DNA of 64,000 bases, taken from Bacteroidales bacterium. Its GTDB lineage: Bacteria; Bacteroidota; Bacteroidia; Bacteroidales; VadinHA17. The stretch spans positions 33,097 through 97,096 of the forward strand of contig JAOZPG010000010.1 in NCBI GenBank assembly GCA_029932855.1, written 5' to 3'. The translations under genes and the position numbers were made by a program. The notes under the pieces were generated by a model. The model did no database searches and was not told the DNA's origin. It saw only the letters and a program-made list of their open reading frames with translations. Shown here in pieces: positions 40,223 through 49,384 of this stretch (positions are counted from its first letter, which is position 1; the number at the start of each line of letters is the position of its first letter).

Positions 40223-41557
40223 ATGAAGCTGATATACAAATATTGTTCAATTTTTGTCCTGGCTGCTACATTTTCACTTGCAGGCTTTGGACAAGAAAAT
40301 TATTTTGACAGCCTTCTGATCGAAGAAGTAAAGGTTGAGAATCCTATATATAAGCCGGTTGTAGGGATGGCTGCGGGGGTATTTAATTTTTATGGTGATG
40401 TAAATAATAACTATCGTAACCCATCAATGATAAATCCGGGGGGGAAACTTATAATATCGAGTTATATAGATAAGCAACACATTTTTATGTATGATATCTA
40501 TGTGCTTTTCGGCGAACTCTCAGGCAATGAATCAGGTCTTGAAAGGAATCTTAATTTCTCAACCCGCGTTTTCAGCATGGGTGCAAACCTTCATTATGAG
40601 TTTGCACATTTCGTTGGTAACAAGCATCTTACAGCTTCTCCTTTTGTAGAGATTGGCCTGGGGACCCTGCAATTCAGTCCCAAAGGCGACCTGGAAGATG
40701 AGAACGGGAATCTCTATGTGTATGCTCCTGACGGAACAATACGTGATGTTGGAGATATGATCATAGGGCGTGATTTTGTTTACGAGTCCGATCTAAGGAG
40801 CCTTGATCTGTACGGGCAGGGTAATTATTCACAGTTTGGAGTGGTTATGCCTGTGGGATTGGGACTGAATGCCAACCTGTCGAAGAGGGTAAGCATGCGT
40901 GTTGGAACATCATTTAATTTTACTACTTCTGATTATATAGATAATGTAGGTAATAAAGCCGGTCTGGAGCTGAAAAACAAAAGGCCCGACTTCTTTAATT
41001 TTTCATATTTAAGCTTTCACTTCGATCTTTTCTCAGAGCCTGAATATGTTACAGTTGAAAAGATGTATCTGGACTTTGAGGAGGATGATATCCTGATGGG
41101 AGATGAGGATATGGACTGGGTGCTGGACTTTGGGGATGAATGTCCATTCACCCCTTATGGTATTGAGGTGGATACAATGGGATGTCCTCTTGACAGTGAC
41201 AATGACCTTATAGCTGACTACCTTGACAGGGAGGTTGATTCACCGGAGAATGCATTTGTAGATGATTATGGTGTACAGATAGATGAAGCAGAATTAATAG
41301 CTATGATGCAGCCTGGAGAAGCTGCTCCAAGAGAAGATGTGGAGTATTACCTTGCCATGATGAGGGAGTCTGACCGGATAGTGATGGCCAGGCCGCATGG
41401 TGTTCCCCTTAAGTTTAAGGCTTTCGATATGGATGATGATGATTATCTTTCTTTCGACGAGCTTTTATTCGGCATAAGGCAGTACTTCGATTTTCGTACA
41501 TTCCTTTCATTGCAGGATATATACGAAATGATGGAATTCTATTTCATACAGGATTAA
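40223..41557 (+). CDS. Outer-membrane beta-barrel protein with TSP3-like acidic repeats and EF-hand-like tail
   Basis: Signal peptide, barrel strands, T.SDYIDN, D.D.D.V.D..D.CP.TP....VD..GCPLD.D.D, DMDDDDYLSFDEL. Confidence 0.7.
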   Translation: MKLIYKYCSIFVLAATFSLAGFGQENYFDSLLIEEVKVENPIYKPVVGMAAGVFNFYGDVNNNYRNPSMINPGGKLIISSYIDKQHIFMYDIYVLFGELSGNESGLERNLNFSTRVFSMGANLHYEFAHFVGNKHLTASPFVEIGLGTLQFSPKGDLEDENGNLYVYAPDGTIRDVGDMIIGRDFVYESDLRSLDLYGQGNYSQFGVVMPVGLGLNANLSKRVSMRVGTSFNFTTSDYIDNVGNKAGLELKNKRPDFFNFSYLSFHFDLFSEPEYVTVEKMYLDFEEDDILMGDEDMDWVLDFGDECPFTPYGIEVDTMGCPLDSDNDLIADYLDREVDSPENAFVDDYGVQIDEAELIAMMQPGEAAPREDVEYYLAMMRESDRIVMARPHGVPLKFKAFDMDDDDYLSFDELLFGIRQYFDFRTFLSLQDIYEMMEFYFIQD

Positions 41558-42003
41558 CGCGTTCTTATCCTGTCGAGATCCCTGTTAATATCCTTTTTCT
41601 TTATAGACTCTCTCTTGTCATATTCCCGTTTACCTCGGGCAAGGGCTATCTCAAGTTTGGCAAGGCCTTTTTCATTTATGAAAACCCTTAATACGACTAT
41701 GGTCAGTCCCTTTTCATTTACCTTCTTCTCAAGCTTGTTCAGTTCCCTGCGTTTCATCAGGAGCTTACGGTATTGCATGGGCTCATGACTTACATAACCA
41801 CGATGTGAGTATTCGGAGATGCTCATATTATGTACAAACAATTCGTGGTTTGAGAAAGCACAGTATGCTTCAGTAAGACTTGCTTTTCCCTGCCTTAGCG
41901 ACTTGATCTCTGTTCCCCTGAGCTGAATTCCTGTAATATATTTTTCCAGGAACTCGTAATTGAACCAGGCTTTCTTATTTTTTATGTTTATTCCTGCTGA
42001 CAT
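41554..42003 (-). CDS. smpB: SsrA-binding protein
   Basis: NKKA.FNY, GI.L.GTEIKSLR, RKLL, ARGK..YDKR..IK. Confidence 0.97.
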   Translation of the reverse strand: MSAGINIKNKKAWFNYEFLEKYITGIQLRGTEIKSLRQGKASLTEAYCAFSNHELFVHNMSISEYSHRGYVSHEPMQYRKLLMKRRELNKLEKKVNEKGLTIVVLRVFINEKGLAKLEIALARGKREYDKRESIKKKDINRDLDRIRTR

Positions 42004-42172
42004 TGATGTCTGGTTTTTCCCGGCTTTACATGCTTCTTCTGTTTAACTAACTCAGGCAGTCCTGTTTCTTTTGCATGCCCCACTTACTCTGCCTGCTTTA
42101 CAGGATTTTTTATTTGTCGATTTATATGATGAGCACAAATTTAGCTAATTTTATAAGATAAAAATCCAATTT

Positions 42173-43111
42173 ATGTCTCAATCCTATAACCTGATTGTTA
42201 TTCTCGGACCCACAGCAACTGGAAAGACTGAGCTTGCAGCACATCTGTCACATAAGCTTGATACAGAGATCATAAGTGCCGATTCCCGACAGGTCTATCG
42301 TGGCATGGATATAGGGACAGGTAAGGATTATGAAGATTATAAGCTTACAGGCCTGCCGGGACAGCATGATAAAAAGATGCCTGTCCACCTGCTTGATATT
42401 GCAGATGCCGGTTATCATTATAATGTGTATGAGTATCAGAAGGATTTTTTCAGGGTTTTCAGTGAACTCAGAGACAGGGGAAAGATCCCTGTCCTCTGTG
42501 GGGGCACGGGCCTGTATATTGAAGCTGTGCTGAAGGGCTACAGGCTTATTAAGGTTCCTGATAACCAGCAGCTCAGAAGCGGGCTTGAAGATAAGAGCAT
42601 GGATGAACTTGCAGAGATACTCAGCTCATTTAAGAGGCTGCATAATACAACTGATCTTAAGCACAGGAAGAGGCTTATCAGGGCCATAGAGATAGAGACA
42701 TATTATACACAACATCCGGAGACTGCAGATGATCTGCCGGTAATTGATCCTGTAATATTTGGGAATGGTATCAGCAGGGAGAAAAGGAGGGAGAGGATAT
42801 CTCTAAGGCTTAAAAAGAGAATGGAAGAGGGTATGATTGAGGAAGTTAAGGCTCTTATAAAAAGTGGTGTTAAGAAAGAAACTCTTGTTTATTATGGCCT
42901 GGAATATAAATATATCACCTATTACCTGGATGGAGAGCTAAGCTATGAAGAGATGTTCGGGCAGCTGGAGACGGCTATACACCGCTTCGCAAAACGTCAG
43001 ATGACATGGTTCAGGGGAATGGAAAAACGTGGTATCACAGTTCACTGGCTGGATGCTTTGGCGCCCATGGAGGAGAAGCTGGATTTTATCTTAAGTAAGA
43101 TAAGTCTTTGA
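42173..43111 (+). CDS. miaA: tRNA dimethylallyltransferase
   Basis: GPTATGKT, ISADSRQVYRGMDIGTGK, GGTGLY, AKRQMTWFR. Confidence 0.95.
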   Translation: MSQSYNLIVILGPTATGKTELAAHLSHKLDTEIISADSRQVYRGMDIGTGKDYEDYKLTGLPGQHDKKMPVHLLDIADAGYHYNVYEYQKDFFRVFSELRDRGKIPVLCGGTGLYIEAVLKGYRLIKVPDNQQLRSGLEDKSMDELAEILSSFKRLHNTTDLKHRKRLIRAIEIETYYTQHPETADDLPVIDPVIFGNGISREKRRERISLRLKKRMEEGMIEEVKALIKSGVKKETLVYYGLEYKYITYYLDGELSYEEMFGQLETAIHRFAKRQMTWFRGMEKRGITVHWLDALAPMEEKLDFILSKISL

Positions 43112-43116
43112 TGATT

Positions 43117-43725
43117 TTACCAGTTATGCCCCAGGGTTTCCCGTATGTCTATAACCTGCATGCCTGCTCTTTTTGCAGCTTCTATTCCCCTGTCTCCATC
43201 TTCAAAAACAAGGCATTTTGCAGGATCAGCATTCATTAGCTCTGCACATTTCAGGAAAGTGTCGGGTTCTGGTTTATGATGTTTTACATCTTCAGCACTC
43301 ACCACAGCTGCAAAATACTGAAGCATATTAATATGTTTAAGGGTTTTTACAGCACCTGCCTTTAGTCCCCCGGTGCCAACAGCCATAGGTAGCTTGCCGT
43401 AATATTTCAATACAACATCTGCTACTTCCTTAATAGTCTTAATCAGCCCACGGCGTTTATCAAATTCACTCATTTTTTTTGCAACAAGCTCTTTTATCTT
43501 ATCAGGATCACTCCTGCCAAATGTTTTTTCCAGCAGTGCTGCAGAGATCTTATAGGTGGACAAGCCTGCAAACTGCATCATCTCCTCTTTATTGCATGTT
43601 ATCCCAAAACTTTCACAGGCCGCTTTCCATGCTTCGAAATGAAGCTTCATGTTATCTGCCAGGGTTCCGTCAAGATCGAAGATCAATGCCTGAGTATCCT
43701 CCGGGATAAAAAAATCTTTTTCCAT
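43117..43725 (-). CDS. HAD phosphatase (YqaB/beta-PGM family)
   Basis: IFDLDGTL, KPEPD.FL, VFED...G..AA..AGM. Confidence 0.9.
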   Translation of the reverse strand: MEKDFFIPEDTQALIFDLDGTLADNMKLHFEAWKAACESFGITCNKEEMMQFAGLSTYKISAALLEKTFGRSDPDKIKELVAKKMSEFDKRRGLIKTIKEVADVVLKYYGKLPMAVGTGGLKAGAVKTLKHINMLQYFAAVVSAEDVKHHKPEPDTFLKCAELMNADPAKCLVFEDGDRGIEAAKRAGMQVIDIRETLGHNW

Positions 43726-43786
43726 AGTTTGATATTCTCTATATTATGAATTTTTTAGTAGTGACTTATCCGGATCTCTCCTGGCA

Positions 43787-45829
43787 TCACTTATTCATAT
43801 TATAAAATTTCAGTGCTTCTTCTGCCACTTGTCTTCCGGTATATCCCAGTTTCTCATCAAGTACAGCTGCAGGGGCTGAGAAGCCGAAGCTCTCCATTCC
43901 TATTGCCACCCCTTTTGGCCCTACCAGTCCGGCCAGAGTAACCGGCAGGCCTGCTGTAAGTCCGAAAGCCGGTATGTCTGCAGGAAGTACTTTTTCCTGG
44001 TACTCACTGTCCTGATCCCTGAAGAGTCCTTCGGATATTGCTGAGACAAGCCTTATTTTAATTTTATTCTCCTTTTCAAGTATGCTTGCGGCCTCATAGA
44101 GGGTTGAAACTTCTGAACCACTGCCTACCATTATCATATCGGGTATCCCTTTTGTTTCTTTAACTACATAAGCACCTTTCTTTGCGGCCTGTGCATCTTC
44201 ATATCTTGAATTCCCCAGGGCAGGGAGATCTTTAATGCCCTGTCTTGACAGTATCAGGGCCGTGGGCCTCGACGTGTTCTCAAGGGCCATCTTCCATGCA
44301 ATGGTTGTTTCAGCGCTATCGGCAGGCCGCAGTACCAGCATGCTCCTCCTGCCGGAATGGTTTCTGAGGTGTTCAAGCAAGCGTATCTGGGCTTCTTGTT
44401 CCACAGGCTGGTGTGTGGGGCCGTCTTCACCCACCCTGAAAGCATCATGTGTCCATACATATTTAACAGGCAGCTCCATAAGGGCCGCCATTCTTACAGC
44501 GGGTTTCATATAATCAGAGAATACAAAGAATGTTCCTCCGGCAGTGATTACGCCTCCATGAGCTGCCATGCCATTCATTACCGCCGCCATTGTTAGTTCG
44601 GATACCCCCATCTGCAGGAAAGCACCGCTAAAATCGTTTTTTACAAATGCCCTTGAGTTTTTCAGGAAACCATCTGTCTTATCGCTGTTGGACAGGTCTG
44701 CCGATGCTACTATCATATTCTCAAGAGTAGCTGCCAGAACTCCCAGCACAGTCCCCGAGGCAGCACGACTGGCAATATTTTCTTTCTGGCTGATCCCTGC
44801 AAAATCAATATCGGGAAGCTCACCATTATAGAACATATGACGTTTGGCTGCCAGTTCAGGGTTTTCCTTTTCCCATTTTTCCCTGATGCTGTCCTGACGG
44901 TCTGCATAAGTTTTTTTAGACTCCAGTACTTTCCTGTAATGCTCCGCCACTTCAGGAAAAACTTTAAAAGGATCAGCAGGATCACCTCCCAGCTTCTGAA
45001 TTGTTTTTTCAAATGAGGCTCCTGCACTGCCTATTGGCTGCCCGTGTGTGGATGTCTTCCTTTCAAAGCTACTTCCGTCATCTTTTATACATCCTTTACC
45101 CATAATGGTCTTTCCAATTATAAGTACGGGCATTTCTTTTTCCTCTCCGGCTGCCTTCAGACTGGTCCGGATCTCATTCTCGTTATTACCGTCTATGGTG
45201 TAAACCCTCCATCCCCAGGCTTTGTATTTTGCTGCAGTATCTTCTGTGCTTACCGACTCTGTGCCGGTAGATAGCTGTATGTCGTTGGAGTCGTAAAATA
45301 ATACCAGTTTATTCAGGCCCAGGAATCCAGCCAGTCTTCCCGCACCCTGAGAGATCTCTTCCTGAACACCTCCGTCGGAGATAAAGCTATATGTGTTATG
45401 AGCCATCCATTCCCCAAAGCGGGCTGTAAGGAAGCGCTCTGCAATGGCAGCCCCCACAGCCATTACATGGCCCTGTCCGAGAGGCCCTGATGTATTCTCT
45501 ATCCCCTTGTTGATATTCATCTCCGGATGTCCTGGTGTGGAGCTTCCCCACTGCCTGAAATTCTTAAGTTCATCCATAGCGAAATTACCTGTGAGGTGTA
45601 ATATGGAATAGAGCATTGGAGACATATGCCCGGGGTCGAGGAAGAACCTGTCACGCTCGGGCCAGTTCATATCAGAGGGATTGAATTTCAGGAATTCAGA
45701 ATAAAGTATATTCAGAAAATCGGCACCACCCATGGCTCCTCCAGGATGACCCGATTTTGCCTTTTCAACCATGGCGGCTGATAAAATACGGATATTGTCT
45801 GCAGCTCTTACTGTTATAGATTTTTCCAT
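43787..45829 (-). CDS. tkt: Transketolase
   Basis: SGHPGG, TPGHPE, GPLGQG, SDGGVQE...YDSN TPP motif, GEDGPTHQPVEQ, LSRQ. Confidence 0.97.
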   Translation of the reverse strand: MEKSITVRAADNIRILSAAMVEKAKSGHPGGAMGGADFLNILYSEFLKFNPSDMNWPERDRFFLDPGHMSPMLYSILHLTGNFAMDELKNFRQWGSSTPGHPEMNINKGIENTSGPLGQGHVMAVGAAIAERFLTARFGEWMAHNTYSFISDGGVQEEISQGAGRLAGFLGLNKLVLFYDSNDIQLSTGTESVSTEDTAAKYKAWGWRVYTIDGNNENEIRTSLKAAGEEKEMPVLIIGKTIMGKGCIKDDGSSFERKTSTHGQPIGSAGASFEKTIQKLGGDPADPFKVFPEVAEHYRKVLESKKTYADRQDSIREKWEKENPELAAKRHMFYNGELPDIDFAGISQKENIASRAASGTVLGVLAATLENMIVASADLSNSDKTDGFLKNSRAFVKNDFSGAFLQMGVSELTMAAVMNGMAAHGGVITAGGTFFVFSDYMKPAVRMAALMELPVKYVWTHDAFRVGEDGPTHQPVEQEAQIRLLEHLRNHSGRRSMLVLRPADSAETTIAWKMALENTSRPTALILSRQGIKDLPALGNSRYEDAQAAKKGAYVVKETKGIPDMIMVGSGSEVSTLYEAASILEKENKIKIRLVSAISEGLFRDQDSEYQEKVLPADIPAFGLTAGLPVTLAGLVGPKGVAIGMESFGFSAPAAVLDEKLGYTGRQVAEEALKFYNMNK

Positions 45830-45927
45830 AAGAAAAGTAATAATGAAAGTTTGATAAAGACCAAAAGTATTAAGATTTTCTTTCAGTAACTTAAGTTCTT
45901 TATAAAACTTATTAACGGGATATCAGC

Positions 45928-45964
45928 AAAAAAATGAGAAGCCCGGAAAAAGATAATCCGGCTA
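45928..45964 (-). terminator. Probable terminator after the C26 hydrolase gene
   Basis: AGCCCGGA/TCCGGGCT stem (45940-47 / 45957-64), followed on the minus strand by TCTCATTTTTTT. Confidence 0.5.
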
Positions 45965-46001
45965 TAAATATGCCCATGAAATATGCTGCAGGCGGGTTTT
46001 G

Positions 46002-47129
46002 TTAAAACAGGCTGCTGAAGTATTCCCAGAATTCAAGCTGGAAAGGATAAGATCCAAGACTGTTAATGTAATCGTGCTCAGTTTGCAGTATCGTATCGCC
46101 AGGTTCTATCCTGTACTTCGTACTGCCGGGATCGTGTAAGTTAAGGCCCTCCGGATGAAACTGGGTTCCAAAAACATTTTTGTATTTATTGTGGTAAATA
46201 GCTTCAATTATTTTTCCGTCCATTGAGTATGCCGAAACATCAAATCCCTTGCCTGTATTTTTTATTGCCTGGTGATGGCTGCTCACAACATAGGGGTGAT
46301 AGTCCTTATCCTTCTTCATGTTCTCTGTGAAAAATTGTCCGTCAACAAATTTTATCTGGTGGTAGCTGTGAAACGTTCCCCTGTTGTCGAAGTTAAGGCT
46401 ATATGAATAAGCCCTGTGAACATTATTCTTATCCTGTGCCACTACATCTTCAAAGTATTGCATCCCGTAAACTTCTGATGGGATATCCTGGTACAGATCC
46501 CCTCCTGTGGCCACATTCATGCTTTGCAGTCCCAGGCATATGCCATAAACAACATAGTCAGGCTTCTTTTCCAGAAGAGGTATATAGTTATCATCTTCAC
46601 GACCCAATAAATGATAAAGGAACGAAAGCTCAAAAAGATGCCTGTTAGGAGTCCTGATTGCTGTAAGCAAACTGGTTTTTTGATTATATGCAGCTGCCGG
46701 AAGATCTGCCCCGCCCAGGAAGATGACCCCGTCGCTGTTTTCAAATAGTTTGATAAAACTGTCTGTGCAGGAATTTTTCTTATACAGATTTGCGACATTA
46801 AGATTACCGTCAATCTTTTTAAGGCTGATATAAGAAATGCCATTATCTTTCACATATTTCTCAGCCTCTTCATAACTTACTTCATTCCTGGTATAAAAAA
46901 CTGCCTGGTATTCAAGATTATCAATATTAATAATATCATTCTCAGTCATATAGACTAAAGATTCCAGGTAGTAAACGCCGGGATTCATAAGGATGATCCT
47001 GTTTTTCTCAAGGCTTGAATTGTTGTTGCTGGTATTGCTGTTGTTGCTGCTATTGTTGTCCTGTACGCATCCTACTGAAAACAGAGCAAGAATAACAACA
47101 AGTAAGCCGGCCAGGAATGATCGTTTCAT
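46002..47129 (-). CDS. Peptidase C26 / gamma-glutamyl hydrolase-like (class I GATase) lipoprotein
   Basis: GG.D, GICLG.Q.MNVA.GG.LYQDI, SSHHQA, G.QFHPE. Lipobox SVGC plus Asn/Ser linker. Start at ATG 47129. Confidence 0.85.
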   Translation of the reverse strand: MKRSFLAGLLVVILALFSVGCVQDNNSSNNSNTSNNNSSLEKNRIILMNPGVYYLESLVYMTENDIINIDNLEYQAVFYTRNEVSYEEAEKYVKDNGISYISLKKIDGNLNVANLYKKNSCTDSFIKLFENSDGVIFLGGADLPAAAYNQKTSLLTAIRTPNRHLFELSFLYHLLGREDDNYIPLLEKKPDYVVYGICLGLQSMNVATGGDLYQDIPSEVYGMQYFEDVVAQDKNNVHRAYSYSLNFDNRGTFHSYHQIKFVDGQFFTENMKKDKDYHPYVVSSHHQAIKNTGKGFDVSAYSMDGKIIEAIYHNKYKNVFGTQFHPEGLNLHDPGSTKYRIEPGDTILQTEHDYINSLGSYPFQLEFWEYFSSLF

Positions 47130-47266
47130 AATAAAAGTTTTAATGATCAAAAATAATATAAAACACAGGTTTTTTAGCAATAAGCTGGTAAATTTGGAAG
47201 TATAAAGTCTCAATTGCCATATAAATTTGACATTGAGGATTATTTAATCAATAAATATCAGCTATT

Positions 47267-48064
47267 ATGAAAAAGACACTTATTCTTTTATTAGCTTTTG
47301 TCTTGCTTTCGTCTCATGAATTATTCCTTAAATCTGATAATTACTTTCTGAATGCCAATGAGGAAAGTGAACTATTTCTTTTCAATGGAACATTTGATAA
47401 AAGTGAAAACAGTATAAGCCGCGACAGGATCAGAAGCGCAAAGATCATTGGTCCCGATTACCAGTTCCTTCCCTCTCAAGAAGATTATTATGACAAAGAT
47501 GATATTAGCTACCTGAGGTTTAAAACAGGAAAAGGAGGGACATACCTTGCCGGTATTTCAACTTTGCCAAGTGAAATAAGTCTGAGTGCAGATGAGTTTA
47601 ATGAATACCTTGAACATGAAGAGCTTAGGGCTATTATAGCAGAACGGAAATTAAAAGCTATTAGCAATAAACCTGCCAGGGAAAAGTATTCAAAACACGT
47701 AAAGGCGATATTGCAGGTTGATGATGAAAGAAGCAATCATTATAAGAAGGAACTGGCTTATCCGATTGAATTTATACCACAAACAAACCCCTATGAGCTA
47801 AATAAGGGAGACAGGCTTTGGTTTTTATTATTAAAGGATGCAAAGCCCCTGGCAAAGCATGTTGTTCATTATGGCAGCCATTCCGGTTCAGGGAATAATT
47901 CTGATCATGAACGTTCAGTCATGACAGACGAAAAAGGTTTATTCTCAATTAAACCGGACAAGGCAGGTAAATGGTATATAGCTACAATTCATATGACTGA
48001 ATGTGATGAACCGGATATTGATTACGAATCTAACTGGGCGACATTGACTTTTGAGATAAAATAG
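47267..48064 (+). CDS. DUF4198-like exported protein
   Basis: Signal peptide ending SS-H, F..YL..E, E.YSK.VKA, EFIP..NPY, TD..G, YES.WATLTF. Confidence 0.8.
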   Translation: MKKTLILLLAFVLLSSHELFLKSDNYFLNANEESELFLFNGTFDKSENSISRDRIRSAKIIGPDYQFLPSQEDYYDKDDISYLRFKTGKGGTYLAGISTLPSEISLSADEFNEYLEHEELRAIIAERKLKAISNKPAREKYSKHVKAILQVDDERSNHYKKELAYPIEFIPQTNPYELNKGDRLWFLLLKDAKPLAKHVVHYGSHSGSGNNSDHERSVMTDEKGLFSIKPDKAGKWYIATIHMTECDEPDIDYESNWATLTFEIK

Positions 48065-48195
48065 ATTACACATAAGCTGTGAAAACGATGTAATATAAGA
48101 AATGGATTTAACAGAAATATTAAACAGAACATATCCTCAAACACTGAACAGGTAGAAGATCACTCTTGTATTATTTTGTAGCCTGATATGTGTAA

Positions 48196-48744
48196 TCAGA
48201 AAATGAAAGGAATAAAGCGTTTACTTTTTTTCATATAGCCTGCATATTTGTCGCCAAAGTAAACAATACATTCTTTCTCATCGAAATATGCGGTAAGATA
48301 AAGCAAAATAGTGATCAGTAATATAACTATAAGGAGACCGGCAGAAACATTCTTCAGGAAGATGCCCCAGGCAAGAAACAGCAATGATGAATACAGGGGA
48401 TGCCTGATATATTTATAGATACCGGTATCAATAAGCTCGGAGGTCTTTTCCCATTTATATAATTCTTTTTCTTTTCTGAGGGCTGAAGCCCTGCCTTTTT
48501 TTCTTAGGAGCATAGTTCCTGCAACAACCGGGTAAATAGAAATAAAAAGTAAGGCCCAGGAAAATAAATGTTGTATGCTGAAAGGATCGGCAAACCAGTA
48601 TTTATAGTTACTTACAAAAAGCCATATTATTCCTTCCCAGGCTAAGAATCTGTAGAAACCGTGACTTTTGATATTAAATAAAGTATGCCAGGATAGAATT
48701 ATTACCGGAACACTTAATGCTGCGAATAAGATCAGTTTTTCCAT
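48196..48744 (-). CDS. Isoprenylcysteine carboxylmethyltransferase/PEMT family membrane protein
   Basis: L..TG.Y.YIRHPLYS, E.....FG..Y..Y......FIP. Start at ATG 48744. Confidence 0.88.
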   Translation of the reverse strand: MEKLILFAALSVPVIILSWHTLFNIKSHGFYRFLAWEGIIWLFVSNYKYWFADPFSIQHLFSWALLFISIYPVVAGTMLLRKKGRASALRKEKELYKWEKTSELIDTGIYKYIRHPLYSSLLFLAWGIFLKNVSAGLLIVILLITILLYLTAYFDEKECIVYFGDKYAGYMKKSKRFIPFIF

Positions 48745-48751
48745 AGGGCTC

Positions 48752-48785
48752 AAAAAAAAGTCACACTATAAATATAGTATGACTT
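48752..48785 (-). terminator. Intrinsic terminator after the small OMP gene
   Basis: Minus strand AAGTCATACTATA-TT-TATAGTGTGAC followed by T8. Confidence 0.75.
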
Positions 48786-48808
48786 GATTAATTATTTTCT
48801 ATTAAGGC

Positions 48809-49309
48809 TTAGAAATGAAAGAAAAATGCAAAATGGAGAGAGGAAAAATCGATTCCCAGTGCAAAGTGTCCGTCACTTGTCCCTCCTTCCCAGCTTGTCT
48901 GGGAATATCCAATATTACCCAGGGTTGCAGCCATAGACCATTGTTGGGTAAACCAGTATTGTACTCCGGGACGTACACCAATACCGAATGAACTATAATC
49001 GGTGGCTCCTGAACTGCCTCCGCCAATTGACAGGTAACCGTCGCCATAAAACTTAAAATTATCTTTTATTGGTTTGTACATCCTGAAATATGGTTCAATA
49101 GCCCAGAAGGCATCACTAATGGTGAGTGTGCCTCCAACAGCCATAACATCGGTTAGCATCATCCCAAAACTCGGTCCCAGGGTGTATGTGTTATTGGTGG
49201 TGAAAGACAGCTGTCCGCCTATCCACATTTTTGTTGAAGTAGCTTGTTCCTGGGCATAGATATTGGTAAATATTACCAGTCCCAGGGCAATGGTCATTAG
49301 TTTTTTCAT
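48809..49309 (-). CDS. Small outer-membrane beta-barrel protein
   Basis: Signal peptide (IYA-QE), amphipathic strands (PYFR.Y, G.RPG..Y), terminal F.F. Confidence 0.8.
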   Translation of the reverse strand: MKKLMTIALGLVIFTNIYAQEQATSTKMWIGGQLSFTTNNTYTLGPSFGMMLTDVMAVGGTLTISDAFWAIEPYFRMYKPIKDNFKFYGDGYLSIGGGSSGATDYSSFGIGVRPGVQYWFTQQWSMAATLGNIGYSQTSWEGGTSDGHFALGIDFSSLHFAFFFHF

Positions 49310-49384
49310 TTGAATAGATTTTAGATTTTTAAGATTTCAGGCTAATATAAGCTTTTTTGCAAAATACAGAAATAAGAAGCATTC

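Noticed and set aside
47019-47060. TTG/CTG-rich trinucleotide tract as a phase-variation or CRISPR-like repeat
   Set aside because: Imperfect, in-frame codons for an Asn/Ser lipoprotein linker.
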